Positions 18,501 to 27,974 of a DNA stretch of 64,000 nucleotides are shown here, one piece after another. Both the position numbers and the translations under genes were made by a program. Numbering within the stretch: the stretch's first letter is position 1; each line of letters opens with the position of its first letter. The DNA is taken from the sequence record PV654397.1; one strand, given 5' to 3'. The notes under the pieces were generated by a model, which did no database searches, had not been told where the DNA came from, and was given only the letters and a program-made list of their open reading frames with translations.

Positions 18501-21500
18501 GATTTGGTCCCAAGTGGTTTGTGGGATATTGATGGTACTATCGGTGACAGCAGCACTGGTACTATTTTGTCCGGTGAACGCCGTGGTCAATATGACAAAT
18601 ACAAGCGTTTCGGTGTACAGCCATTTAAAATCACTAAGACTGGCGAGAAAACCAGTACTGGTATTGATATTTGTGAAGTTGAATATATTGCACCTGAAGT
18701 TTTAGGTCTTGTTAGTGGTAATTTAGATCATCGTGCAGAACCGTGGGCTTATGGTGATATGGGTGACATGGAATTCACTTACATGAACACTGCGATGTTT
18801 GCTTATGACCAAATGCTTCTTCTATACAAAGCAAAACCAGCACAGTTTGCAAACTATTACTGGGATACCCGTAATGATAACCTTAAACCAGTTTATACTG
18901 ATGGTTCACAGTTCCTTTATGGTGAAACTCGTAAGCGTCTAAACTTTGACAGTACTACATTAGTACATGGTGAGAAAAATACCCGTACTATCGGTTATCA
19001 AATGTTTGTTAGTGACTATTTGATGTATCAGAATAAGAACATTACCACCAAATACGGTGACGTTGTTCGTTCTTCTTATGTTAATGTCGCTCACAAAATT
19101 GGTGGCTTTACTAAAGCAGACCAATTGACATTCACTGCTAAATCTTTCGGTTTGATTTCACAAGAAAACCAAACTATCGGTCTAGTTCGTTCCAATAACA
19201 TTCGCGATGAGCAAATGAGTGCAGTAAAAATTACTTGGAATGGTAGTGCATATCAAATTGATGGTTATGATTTAGTTGGTGCTAAATTTAAGTATAAAAT
19301 TCCAGTTAAAAATGGAAGAAAAGTAACTCTTAAATTGGAAGACAGAACTGTTGTTCATTACAATGAATGGAAATCTGAAGGTACATTAGAATATGGTAAA
19401 ATATTCAATACATACCAAGAAGTTTATACTTTCATTTGTGGATATGGTGAATATCTAAAAGAACATGGCTGGATTTTTGAAGATGTAAATGATAGTGGTG
19501 CTCAACAAGACTGGACAACTATTGCTAAAGACTTTGTTATTTGGAGTCAGAATAATTTAAGTACTGGTGAGTTCATCTCCTGTACTCCAAGTGCAGCTAA
19601 TGCTAAATTTGGTGCAGATTTTGGTTCAGTTCAATCTGTTACACAGAACAGTGGTGGTGTTTGGTCACTACTCGATGATGAAAACCAAGGTATCCGTCAA
19701 TATGAAATCGAAACTTCGCGTATCGGTAACGTATTCACAGTGAGAACTACATCTGAATCACAAAAACGTATGGCGTTGATTCGTTTGAGCCTAAGTTCAT
19801 ATGAACACGCAGTTGTTTTTGATGATAAAACTATCTTTGGTGATTACATTTACCAACCAACTTATGGTGCTATTCAAGAATTGATTAAAATGTATGGTTA
19901 CATTACTGGGTCATGGACTGGTCGCCTACAAGCACCTGGTTTCATTATCCTAGAAGCAGGAACTTTACCATCATTTGAAAAATTAGTAACTGATTTTGAA
20001 TTATATTATAATAGTGAAACTCCTGTTAGTGATGTTCAGCTTCAAGAGTTATCAAATCACTTGATTGGCTATCAAACTCGTGATTATCTACAACGTATGA
20101 TTAGTAGTGATGTTAGTCGTGTTGATTTCTATAAAGGATTCATTCATGACAAAGGTACTAACCAAGTAATGGAAAAAGTACTACGCGTTTCTAAATCTTA
20201 CGACACTGATGAATATAAAGCACTACAGGAATGGGCATTTAAGATTGGTACTTATGGTAATATCAATGGTAAGAAAAATCTACAATTTAAACTAATCAAT
20301 GACCAATTTAAACAACAACCACAGATGGTTTCATTTGATGTTAATGCTACATCAAATGGTACTGGTAATGGTATTGTTTATTACGGTGAACAAGGGGTTG
20401 ACTCACGCTGGATTACTCGTCCAAATGGTAAGTTTTCATTCCCAATGCGTAGTGGAAGAAGTGAGAATATCCAACTTCCAGACATTGGTCCTGTAACACT
20501 AGATGAAATTTCATACGTTACTAAAGATTTCAGTACTGCATATAATGATCGTATCAATTATATGAATAACAGTGGTGAAATACCAGATTCTGTATGGATG
20601 TTTAAAGATGGTAATGATTTGTGGAATATTTTCGAACTAGTAGACACTGAAGTTGAGATGCTCTCTATCGTTCCAATTGAAAATACCGATGTATATGCAG
20701 AACAATTCTGTAAAGTAACTCTAAGTGATGATATCCCACTAAATGATGGTGATTATTATTACTTTGTTGATGAAACTAACTTTATGCCAGATACATTGAC
20801 TATAGAAAGTCAATATTATACTGCGGGTAATGACCCTAGAGTTATGGTAGTTCCGTTTGACACTTCAATCACTATTGACTTCACTGATCCTGATACTCGC
20901 CCACGCTTGTATCGTTATGTTTCACGATTCAGTACTGAAGAGATGCGTCAGGAATACATTGACAGAAAATATAGTTTTAAAGCTCCACAAAGTACTTTGT
21001 TTGACCGCCCAACCACATATGATGAGCGTACTAACATTACTGCGTTGTACCTAAACGTGTTTGACCCAATCAACGGTGTTATTCCTGGTGCAGCGATGCA
21101 GAACGTTACCTACACATCTCCAGTTGACCCAGCACAATACAACAGCAATGGTGAATTGATTCAAGCATGGGGTGCTGATAAAGTTGGTCAGGTTTGGTGG
21201 AACACCAGCACTGCTTTCTACTTAGATTACACTCGTGCAATCTATGATGCTGATGGTAATGTGGATGTTGATGCAACAAATGAATATAAACGTTATAACT
21301 GGGGCAGATTGCTACCGCACAGTACTGTTGATGTTCTTGAATGGGTATGTTCACCAGTTGAACCATATAACTGGGACAAATACTGCAAAGACGTTGCTAA
21401 CAAAAATAAAAACAACACTATGTACCTACCAAGCGGAACCGCATTGGAAGATAATTATAGTACGTTCTTAGAATATGATAGCACAACTGATACTTATGTT

Positions 21501-24500
21501 ACAAAATACTATTTCTGGGTTCGTGATACAATCTATGTACCACCATTGCATTCCAGAACTAAATCTTGTACTGATATTGCTCGTATTATTAAAGAACCAG
21601 CACAGCTTAACATTCCTTGGTTTGCACCAATCAATGAAAGCTCGTTCATTCTAAGTAATATGCAATTTGAAGTCAACGATGACACAAGTATTTTAACTGT
21701 TTCTTATTACATGGATAATACTGAAGTTATTAAACATGACCAGTATCAATTATGTAAAGAAGGTGATAGCTATAACTTCAATCCATCAATCTGGACTTCT
21801 ATGTGGAATTCTATGATTGGTCAAGAAACTACTGAATCAGGAACTGTTATTGATTTACTATATCCTTTAGTACCAAACGGTTTAGGTTCTAATAAGACTT
21901 GGTTCCAAGATGTAATTGAAGCTCGTAGAAACTTTGTAGAAAGTGCAAATAACTATTATCGCTCACAGAATATAACAACTAACACTGTTCTAATGGACGA
22001 AGTGTTTAATGTTAAAACTACTGAAGTTAACCCGAATGAAGTATCATATCGTGTACTAACTTACAATAGTGAATTAGTCATTGCACCTGAAAGTGACAAG
22101 TTCAAAGAAAACGACGCAGTACTAGTAAGTACTAGTGGTGTATTACCTAACCCACTATCAACTAGCTCTGTATATTTTGTGCATATTGATGCTAATGGTT
22201 ATATTCATCTAATGAATAGTCCATCAAGTGCTGGTAGTGTGGTTACCATTACATTGGAAAACCGTGGTGAAGGTCAACAGAAAATGATTAAACAATCAGA
22301 CTATGTTGAAGCACTAGGAACTTCATTGGACATGACCCAGTACTGGTCACTAGCAGATTGGTATGATATTGGCTACGATAAAAATACTGCATATACACAA
22401 GAATCCAGCCTAGAAGATGCAAACACTAAGAACTATCAAGTTGGTGACATTATCAGAATTACAGATGTTGATGGCATCTGGACATTGTACATTAAAGCAC
22501 AATCACGTGATTCAGTTTACTGGAAAGCAATTGGTCGTGAAAATAGTACAGTTGAATTGAATGATATGTTATACGCTGACTATACAGTTCGTGATGCTAA
22601 TGGTTCGTTGAGTAATCGTGAGATTAACGTTCGTAAAGCACTAGCTTTATTGAAGAACTCATTCGACTTACATCAGAGTGAAATTGTGTTTGATATGGTT
22701 AAGTATGTTCACGTAGAACAAAGCGTTGTTGATTGGGTATTCAAAACATCTTACATTTATATTGTAGGTTTAGAACAATCATTAGTACAGAACTATTCCA
22801 ACGACAACTTGATTAATCAAATCGTTGAGTACTTTGAAGAAGTTAAACCATATAGAACTAAGATTCGTTCCCAGATTGAACAGAAAACTTCAGATGATGA
22901 TTTAATTAAAGGTTTGTGTAATGATTTAGATCCTAATGGCTATATATTTGCAGATGGGACTTGGGTTAAAACGGAAAAAGACATTTGGGATTATGAATAT
23001 GCTCAATTCAATGAGGTAACTCAACGTTGGGAGCAAGTTGGTGAATTGCCAAGTGATTTCGTAACACCTAATCGCCGTTTCCAAGAAATTGATGTTATCA
23101 TGCACTACGACAACACTCAATGTAAACCAAATGATAATTTGGCAAGTGTTGATGTATTGGAAGAAGTGAATAAGAAATATCAATCTAATGCACAAGATGT
23201 TGTTAGTAATTTTGAATTACAACGTTACAAATATACATTCCCAGAATACAGTGATGAAGATTTCGACCTATTGGTTGCTTATCAGATGCAATTGTATTAC
23301 CCAGAATTGAACGTAACTCTAGGGATTGCTTACGGTGTTAACCAATGGTATGCAGACCATGCAGATGATTTGGTAGCAACCGCAGAATTCACAGAAACGT
23401 TGAATCGTGTATATAAAGAATCAACACAAAATGAAATGTTTAATGACGTAAATCATTACGTTCAGTATAACACACTCTCTAACCGTTTGAAATTGTACAC
23501 AGGTGCAGATGATGAAGTAATTCATGATGAAGTTGGATGTGGATTTAGTGGGTTAACCTATGATGATAATCCAAGCACCAGACTACCGTTTGGTTATGCA
23601 TCCAGTACTGATTATAACTTTGGTTACTTTGAAGTTAGTAGTGAGTTGTATAAAAAGTATGTTTCTTTAATTAAAGAAAACAATACTACTGCAACTGATG
23701 ATGAAGTTAGAATTATACTTGAAGTTGAATATGGTGTTTATTCATATCGCCATGTAGATGAAGATGGAAATCAACGATTCTACAATGACGCAATTCATGT
23801 ATTGTCCGGTATGCGTGGTTTGTATGACAAAGATGCTACCGACCATTATGAAAAGGCTGAAGAAATACTAAGTAGAATGCCTATTGATATTCATGCATTT
23901 ACTATGATGCCACGAAAATATGTTTATGTTAATGTTAATGGTGTATACGAGAGTATCCCAGATGACCAAAGCATTGATGATTTCATGGAAGACAAATTCA
24001 TAACTGACGGTCAACTAGTTCAATTGGCAGAAATAAATCTTGATGACTTACCTCTTGATAGAAATAACCCAATGTACAGTGATTATCAGCACATCCTAGA
24101 TAGCATCACCGATGCTAAGTACTACGATGATATGAATGCATTTGATAACCTAGCACTTGAATCACAAACTTCCGAGTTAAAATGGGAAGTTGAAGGTGAC
24201 GAAGTAGATCCGTACATAATCGACATTTCTGATATTAACCCATCAGGAAGAAAGATTGGTCAGATTCGCTTCACAGTTGATGGTTATGGATTCAATAGTG
24301 TTTCACTAGTTCAATTGAGAGACAATAGTAGATATAAAACTGAAGGTATGGTTATTATCAACCCTTATAAAACAACAGAAGCAATTGTTAGTATTCCTTC
24401 TTACGCTAAGATTGAAAATGATATTAGTAAATCATACAGTAAGTATGATGAAAAATACTTCTATAAAATTAAATCAATTGTTAGTGATACAGAAGCTGAA

Positions 24501-25544
24501 GTAATTGACAATACCCTATCTGATGGTGATAAGGTTATGATATTCACAACTGATGGTGAAGATTATGTGAGATACCAAAACAATGCATGGGAAACCATCT
24601 TGAGTGTATCAAAAATCAAAACTGACACCACACCAACCTTGTATACAGTAAGAAACACTGCGAACGGAACTGTAGAACTACTAGATAGTACTGGAGTTGT
24701 ACTTCGTTATGATAACATCACTAAACAACAACAGAATGAACCAGCAATACCTCTAGCATTGAACATCGTTCGTATTAGAACCTTTGCTGATCCAGAATTC
24801 TTGGTTGATGGTGTTAAGTTGTATGAAACAAATAGAAACTATGCTATCGACGCAATGAACTATGAAGTATTCTACGACACAACACTATACGGTGGTTCTT
24901 ATAATGATGGAATTACACCAGATGACGTTGATGTTTGGGTAGTGTCTAACGAGATATTTGAAGTTGATGGTGTTACCATTGATAACGGATATAACTTACC
25001 AATTACTGGTGCAGGTGTTCTTAGTGAGTTAGTGAGAACCAAAATGACTGATAGTGTGGAAATTAACGTGTTCGAGTATGATGTTGGTATTATTCAACCA
25101 GTACTGAATACTGAAGGGGTATGGGAATATGCATATCCACTAGTTAGTGATACATATATTGGTGTAGTTGGTGGAACAGTAACTAACATTACTGCTATCA
25201 GTGAAGAAAATGCTACTTATGTTTCACAACCAGATTCAGTTAGTCCATATAGTGTTACTAATAATGTTCTATCTGGTGCTGGTGCAAGTATGAATGATAT
25301 TATTTCTCTTGGTTTTGAAAAAGTTGAAGTACGATTTGCAAATAACTTACTCCGTGGGGTAATGTATAGTGCAGAACACGACTTTAAAGAGAATGTGACA
25401 TATTCATTTAATGGCTTGAACTTAGGTAAAGTTAATTTACTAAAACGTTATAGTGTTAACAGTTATCCAATCGAACTATCTGTTTACTCCGATAGTTTGC
25501 AAATAAGTGGTAATGACATTAAAAATCTATTAGAAGTTAAATAA
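15573..25544 (+). CDS. Giant (3323 aa) virion structural protein, probably baseplate (gp7-like position)
   Basis: Uninterrupted ORF after gp6 with a late promoter; EEVKPYRTKIR-type motif; start set at ATG 15573 after GGAG; specific role inferred from position only. Confidence 0.55.
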   Translation: MTNNFKFQPTQMAEAVQKKLFIKRLPEWMQGLEDIQKVSDDVIQQWFNPAENELVDGYIGDMGSPAAAGNIFLHESTVARQLYQLSSAYVSRNDDSSIRSIQFYDDLVGYMNHYGALTENESRLFNGKFYSWTPPINPNKMNNYSSYLWDSKNSYNITTPDYIVMERGAENGNTWSLQNFWYTLGETLEDGTILTEELMQDSRFVRARAPIIEYNKNIELMNYGTKFRGTVDLFSDIIKPEDIVQKDINSGIRIDGIIPQDGMRILFTSIGNNGENNRIYKVYVKRMQDGTRVYGLALDPDEESESRPSGEPQDGDVVLIIKGNEFGNSSMYWDGSHWIQAQSKTSVNVFPQFQLYDRNGVKLNNTTTYPSSTFTGSSLFGFKINYNYATDSVYGYNIELGDYNYYTYENFLQSTRYTYEHLGVEVEIDGLYYYNVIGEGNTMNLETDWVRSTEYSKQYVKQTPQVERTVMFRVFSTVYDMESFKYPVEGMYAYVIEVDRTYQYYKAERETYLDWHVIVGDGVQSVKYNHTFELAQKVLDNSDDIIELVVDGVEIKEYTKTVVNNQVQSITIDSSVDLDEDSVVQIRTYSSTITPNKELGAYEVPINLQNNPYNSNIEYINQGDYTLHFQDIIQKNITSGSADDFNNYEERLAAGLVNNGVGTKIIQNEASMLPLMAHTANEDIDLFESIMFMQAEYFRFINKFNTQMLRLYEEDPSAFLGNSASNIVDAILTAINMGRDSTFPFYYDNVASTAGFIRAFVPPTPQFLGILQAYTPQKATFLTAGSKSSWYNISHTGIISKAYRVINGVDKMDDVVFELENRIFNSIDLTFKDIDYKPVLNSEDLFPTPYFTGTDYSAEEKKTLLLRGYINFTATNGISNSTHDYDANNWRTWNYTGSYYVVDGQRTEIPARGSWRAIYTDQYGTYRPATHPWEMMGFSQRPTWWNQEYEPTAVQVGEREGDVVYVYEALVMNESGDLVPSGLWDIDGTIGDSSTGTILSGERRGQYDKYKRFGVQPFKITKTGEKTSTGIDICEVEYIAPEVLGLVSGNLDHRAEPWAYGDMGDMEFTYMNTAMFAYDQMLLLYKAKPAQFANYYWDTRNDNLKPVYTDGSQFLYGETRKRLNFDSTTLVHGEKNTRTIGYQMFVSDYLMYQNKNITTKYGDVVRSSYVNVAHKIGGFTKADQLTFTAKSFGLISQENQTIGLVRSNNIRDEQMSAVKITWNGSAYQIDGYDLVGAKFKYKIPVKNGRKVTLKLEDRTVVHYNEWKSEGTLEYGKIFNTYQEVYTFICGYGEYLKEHGWIFEDVNDSGAQQDWTTIAKDFVIWSQNNLSTGEFISCTPSAANAKFGADFGSVQSVTQNSGGVWSLLDDENQGIRQYEIETSRIGNVFTVRTTSESQKRMALIRLSLSSYEHAVVFDDKTIFGDYIYQPTYGAIQELIKMYGYITGSWTGRLQAPGFIILEAGTLPSFEKLVTDFELYYNSETPVSDVQLQELSNHLIGYQTRDYLQRMISSDVSRVDFYKGFIHDKGTNQVMEKVLRVSKSYDTDEYKALQEWAFKIGTYGNINGKKNLQFKLINDQFKQQPQMVSFDVNATSNGTGNGIVYYGEQGVDSRWITRPNGKFSFPMRSGRSENIQLPDIGPVTLDEISYVTKDFSTAYNDRINYMNNSGEIPDSVWMFKDGNDLWNIFELVDTEVEMLSIVPIENTDVYAEQFCKVTLSDDIPLNDGDYYYFVDETNFMPDTLTIESQYYTAGNDPRVMVVPFDTSITIDFTDPDTRPRLYRYVSRFSTEEMRQEYIDRKYSFKAPQSTLFDRPTTYDERTNITALYLNVFDPINGVIPGAAMQNVTYTSPVDPAQYNSNGELIQAWGADKVGQVWWNTSTAFYLDYTRAIYDADGNVDVDATNEYKRYNWGRLLPHSTVDVLEWVCSPVEPYNWDKYCKDVANKNKNNTMYLPSGTALEDNYSTFLEYDSTTDTYVTKYYFWVRDTIYVPPLHSRTKSCTDIARIIKEPAQLNIPWFAPINESSFILSNMQFEVNDDTSILTVSYYMDNTEVIKHDQYQLCKEGDSYNFNPSIWTSMWNSMIGQETTESGTVIDLLYPLVPNGLGSNKTWFQDVIEARRNFVESANNYYRSQNITTNTVLMDEVFNVKTTEVNPNEVSYRVLTYNSELVIAPESDKFKENDAVLVSTSGVLPNPLSTSSVYFVHIDANGYIHLMNSPSSAGSVVTITLENRGEGQQKMIKQSDYVEALGTSLDMTQYWSLADWYDIGYDKNTAYTQESSLEDANTKNYQVGDIIRITDVDGIWTLYIKAQSRDSVYWKAIGRENSTVELNDMLYADYTVRDANGSLSNREINVRKALALLKNSFDLHQSEIVFDMVKYVHVEQSVVDWVFKTSYIYIVGLEQSLVQNYSNDNLINQIVEYFEEVKPYRTKIRSQIEQKTSDDDLIKGLCNDLDPNGYIFADGTWVKTEKDIWDYEYAQFNEVTQRWEQVGELPSDFVTPNRRFQEIDVIMHYDNTQCKPNDNLASVDVLEEVNKKYQSNAQDVVSNFELQRYKYTFPEYSDEDFDLLVAYQMQLYYPELNVTLGIAYGVNQWYADHADDLVATAEFTETLNRVYKESTQNEMFNDVNHYVQYNTLSNRLKLYTGADDEVIHDEVGCGFSGLTYDDNPSTRLPFGYASSTDYNFGYFEVSSELYKKYVSLIKENNTTATDDEVRIILEVEYGVYSYRHVDEDGNQRFYNDAIHVLSGMRGLYDKDATDHYEKAEEILSRMPIDIHAFTMMPRKYVYVNVNGVYESIPDDQSIDDFMEDKFITDGQLVQLAEINLDDLPLDRNNPMYSDYQHILDSITDAKYYDDMNAFDNLALESQTSELKWEVEGDEVDPYIIDISDINPSGRKIGQIRFTVDGYGFNSVSLVQLRDNSRYKTEGMVIINPYKTTEAIVSIPSYAKIENDISKSYSKYDEKYFYKIKSIVSDTEAEVIDNTLSDGDKVMIFTTDGEDYVRYQNNAWETILSVSKIKTDTTPTLYTVRNTANGTVELLDSTGVVLRYDNITKQQQNEPAIPLALNIVRIRTFADPEFLVDGVKLYETNRNYAIDAMNYEVFYDTTLYGGSYNDGITPDDVDVWVVSNEIFEVDGVTIDNGYNLPITGAGVLSELVRTKMTDSVEINVFEYDVGIIQPVLNTEGVWEYAYPLVSDTYIGVVGGTVTNITAISEENATYVSQPDSVSPYSVTNNVLSGAGASMNDIISLGFEKVEVRFANNLLRGVMYSAEHDFKENVTYSFNGLNLGKVNLLKRYSVNSYPIELSVYSDSLQISGNDIKNLLEVK

Positions 25545-25545
25545 C

Positions 25546-25578
25546 AAAAAGGAGAGCATTTGCTCTCCTTTTCTTTTT
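25546..25578. terminator. Bidirectional intrinsic terminator
   Basis: AAAAA-GGAGAGC-ATTT-GCTCTCC-TTTT between convergent genes. Confidence 0.85.
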
Positions 25579-27866
25579 TACGCAATAACTTTTTCTACTG
25601 CTTTAGTTCGTTTAGGTTTGATAGCCAATTTACCATCAATCACATCAAACGTTACGTTACCACCATTAACCAGAGAACCACACAACATCTCTTTAGCTAG
25701 TGGGACACGGATGTTTTGCTCAATAGTGCGTTTCATTGGACGTGCACCCATCCCAACTTTAACACCATTTGTTGCCAACCACTCACGTGCCGCTTTGGTC
25801 AGTGAAACTTTAACTTTGCGGTCTTTGATTTGTTCATTCAAACTTCCCATGAACTTATCAATGATGCTGTCAATCGCTTCGCTGCTTAGGTCTTTGAATG
25901 TCACAATACTATCGATACGGTTGATGAATTCAGGTGGCAAGAATGCTTTAATCGCTTTATCTTGTGCTGTATCACTACCGCTCATCCCAATACTACGCTT
26001 GGTTGAATCTGCTGCACCAAGGTTAGTTGTCATAATAACAGTTACGTTATTGAAGTAAACAGTTTTACCTTGTGAACCAGTCAAACGTCCTTCGTCCAGA
26101 ACCTGTAGGAAGGTTAGTAGTACTTTACGATCAGCTTTTTCGATTTCATCAAGCAACAGTACTGCATTCGGGAACTGCTCAATCTTGTCGAGTAGCAGAC
26201 CGTTACCGGAATCGTGACCAACATAGCCTGGAGGTGAACCAATCAGTTTAGCAACAGTATGTTCCTGTGAAAACTCGGACATATCGAAACGAATCAGTTC
26301 AGAGCCAGTTGCATCAGCCAGTGCTTTGGTAATTTCAGTTTTACCAGTACCAGATGGCCCAACAAACATGAATGCACCTTGAACACTTGATTTATCACGC
26401 AGACCAGCACGAGCTACCATCACGTTATCAACCAGTTTCTGTACTGCTTCTTCTTGACCGTATACACGAGAACGTAGTGCATCTGGTAGATTACGCATAC
26501 GTTCACTTTCAGTGCAAGCAACCACGTTAATATCTAGGTTTGCGATACCTGCAACAACTTCTTGAATCAGTGCAACAGTGATGATGTTATCATCAGTTTC
26601 ACGAGAACGTACTTTCGCTGCCGCCGCATCCATTAGGTCGATTGCTTTGTCAGGGAAGTGTTTGTTCTTCAGGAACTTATCACTTAGTGTAATAACTGCA
26701 TCCATTGCTTCAGTACTGAACTCTACGTTATGGAAAGTTTCATAAGTAGATTTCAAACCATTCACAATCGCACGGGTTTCATCAATTGTTGGCTCAACTA
26801 CATCAATTTTCATGAAACGGCGAGTTAGTGCACTATCTTTTTCGATGTTTTTACGATATTCATCGTAAGTTGTTGCACCGATTACACGAATCTCACCACG
26901 AGATAGTGCAGGTTTGAGCATGTTGCTCATATCCATAGAACCGTTGCTTGCTGAACCAGCACCAACCATAATATGGATTTCATCGATGAACACAATAGTG
27001 TTTTCACGTTTCTTCAGTTCTTTGAGTAGGTTATCGATACGTTCTTCGAACTCACCACGGTACTTAGTACCAGCAGTCAGTGCACCTACGTTCAGAGACA
27101 GAATTTCAACATCTTTAAGATGCTCTGGTACTTCACCATCAGCGATTGCCTGTGCTAGACCGTCAATGATTTGAGTTTTACCAACACCAGCTTCACCAGT
27201 CAGGATGGCATTCTTCTTAGTCTTACGGGCCAGAGTTTCAATCAGTGCAGAAAGCTCTTTCTGGCGACCAATCATTGGGTCAAGTTTACCTTCTTTTGCA
27301 AGTGCGGTTAGGTTAGTGGTGTAATCTTCTAAACCTTTTTGTTTGGACGATGGTTGCTGTTGTGCCACTTTTTTCTCCCCAGTTGGCTCATCACTAATGC
27401 TTTGAAGGTTGATTCCGTTGTCGATTGCTTCTACGTGCTTCTGTAGAGTTCGTGCTGCTTCAGTACAAGTGATACCCTCTTCACGCAATGCTGCTTCTAG
27501 TGCAGTATTTGGGAAGGACAAACACTCAAACAGTACAAAATAAGCATCAATTGAGAAATCATCACGTTTAAGTTGCTCAATTACTGATTTCTTAGAAAGT
27601 TCCTGAACTACACGGTTCACAAGAAGTGATGTGCGGTTCGCTTCATCACCATCAGCACTTTTAGGTGCATGTGGGAATGTTGTATTTTTCAGATATGCAA
27701 TCAAACGACCGTGTAGGTTGTCTGCATCGATGTTCATATCTTCAAATACTGCTTTGATGCTATCGATTGTCAGTACTGTAGCACTTAGATGGTCAATAGT
27801 CAAGAAGGTATGACCCAGAGAAGTTGCCAGTTCGTCGCTTTTTTTGAATAATTGGGTAAGATTCAT
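25578..27866 (-). CDS. clpA: ClpA-type ATP-dependent unfoldase
   Basis: Clp N-domain GHTFLTIDHL; two AAA modules (GEAGVGKT/FIDEIH and GPSGTGKT/LLDEIEKA); no ClpB middle domain; KRSIGM loop at the ClpP-docking position; start ATG 27866 after AGGAG. Confidence 0.9.
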   Translation of the reverse strand: MNLTQLFKKSDELATSLGHTFLTIDHLSATVLTIDSIKAVFEDMNIDADNLHGRLIAYLKNTTFPHAPKSADGDEANRTSLLVNRVVQELSKKSVIEQLKRDDFSIDAYFVLFECLSFPNTALEAALREEGITCTEAARTLQKHVEAIDNGINLQSISDEPTGEKKVAQQQPSSKQKGLEDYTTNLTALAKEGKLDPMIGRQKELSALIETLARKTKKNAILTGEAGVGKTQIIDGLAQAIADGEVPEHLKDVEILSLNVGALTAGTKYRGEFEERIDNLLKELKKRENTIVFIDEIHIMVGAGSASNGSMDMSNMLKPALSRGEIRVIGATTYDEYRKNIEKDSALTRRFMKIDVVEPTIDETRAIVNGLKSTYETFHNVEFSTEAMDAVITLSDKFLKNKHFPDKAIDLMDAAAAKVRSRETDDNIITVALIQEVVAGIANLDINVVACTESERMRNLPDALRSRVYGQEEAVQKLVDNVMVARAGLRDKSSVQGAFMFVGPSGTGKTEITKALADATGSELIRFDMSEFSQEHTVAKLIGSPPGYVGHDSGNGLLLDKIEQFPNAVLLLDEIEKADRKVLLTFLQVLDEGRLTGSQGKTVYFNNVTVIMTTNLGAADSTKRSIGMSGSDTAQDKAIKAFLPPEFINRIDSIVTFKDLSSEAIDSIIDKFMGSLNEQIKDRKVKVSLTKAAREWLATNGVKVGMGARPMKRTIEQNIRVPLAKEMLCGSLVNGGNVTFDVIDGKLAIKPKRTKAVEKVIA

Positions 27867-27904
27867 GTATTCTCCTAAATGAGTAGTCACTCTAATTAAT
27901 AAAC

Positions 27905-27932
27905 ATTATATCACATTCTTTGCGTTTGTCAA
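27905..27932 (-). promoter_or_regulatory. Consensus sigma70 early promoter for clpA
   Basis: TTGACA aacgcaaagaatgtga TATAAT (16-bp spacer, TGn extension). Confidence 0.85.
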
Positions 27933-27935
27933 CAA

Positions 27936-27943
27936 GGTAAATA
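27936..27943 (+). promoter_or_regulatory. Late promoter GGTAAATA for the neck operon
   Basis: TAAATA core about 30 bp upstream of ATG 27975. Confidence 0.5.
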
Positions 27944-27974
27944 AAGATATACCCGATTTATTTTGGAGACAAAC

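Noticed and set aside
853-25544. Inteins in gp46, gp6 or the 3323-aa protein
   Set aside because: No intein boundary (C/S start, HN end) or LAGLIDADG blocks seen by eye
25578-27866. ClpB or ClpC assignment
   Set aside because: No coiled-coil middle domain between the AAA modules; length and the IGM loop fit ClpA
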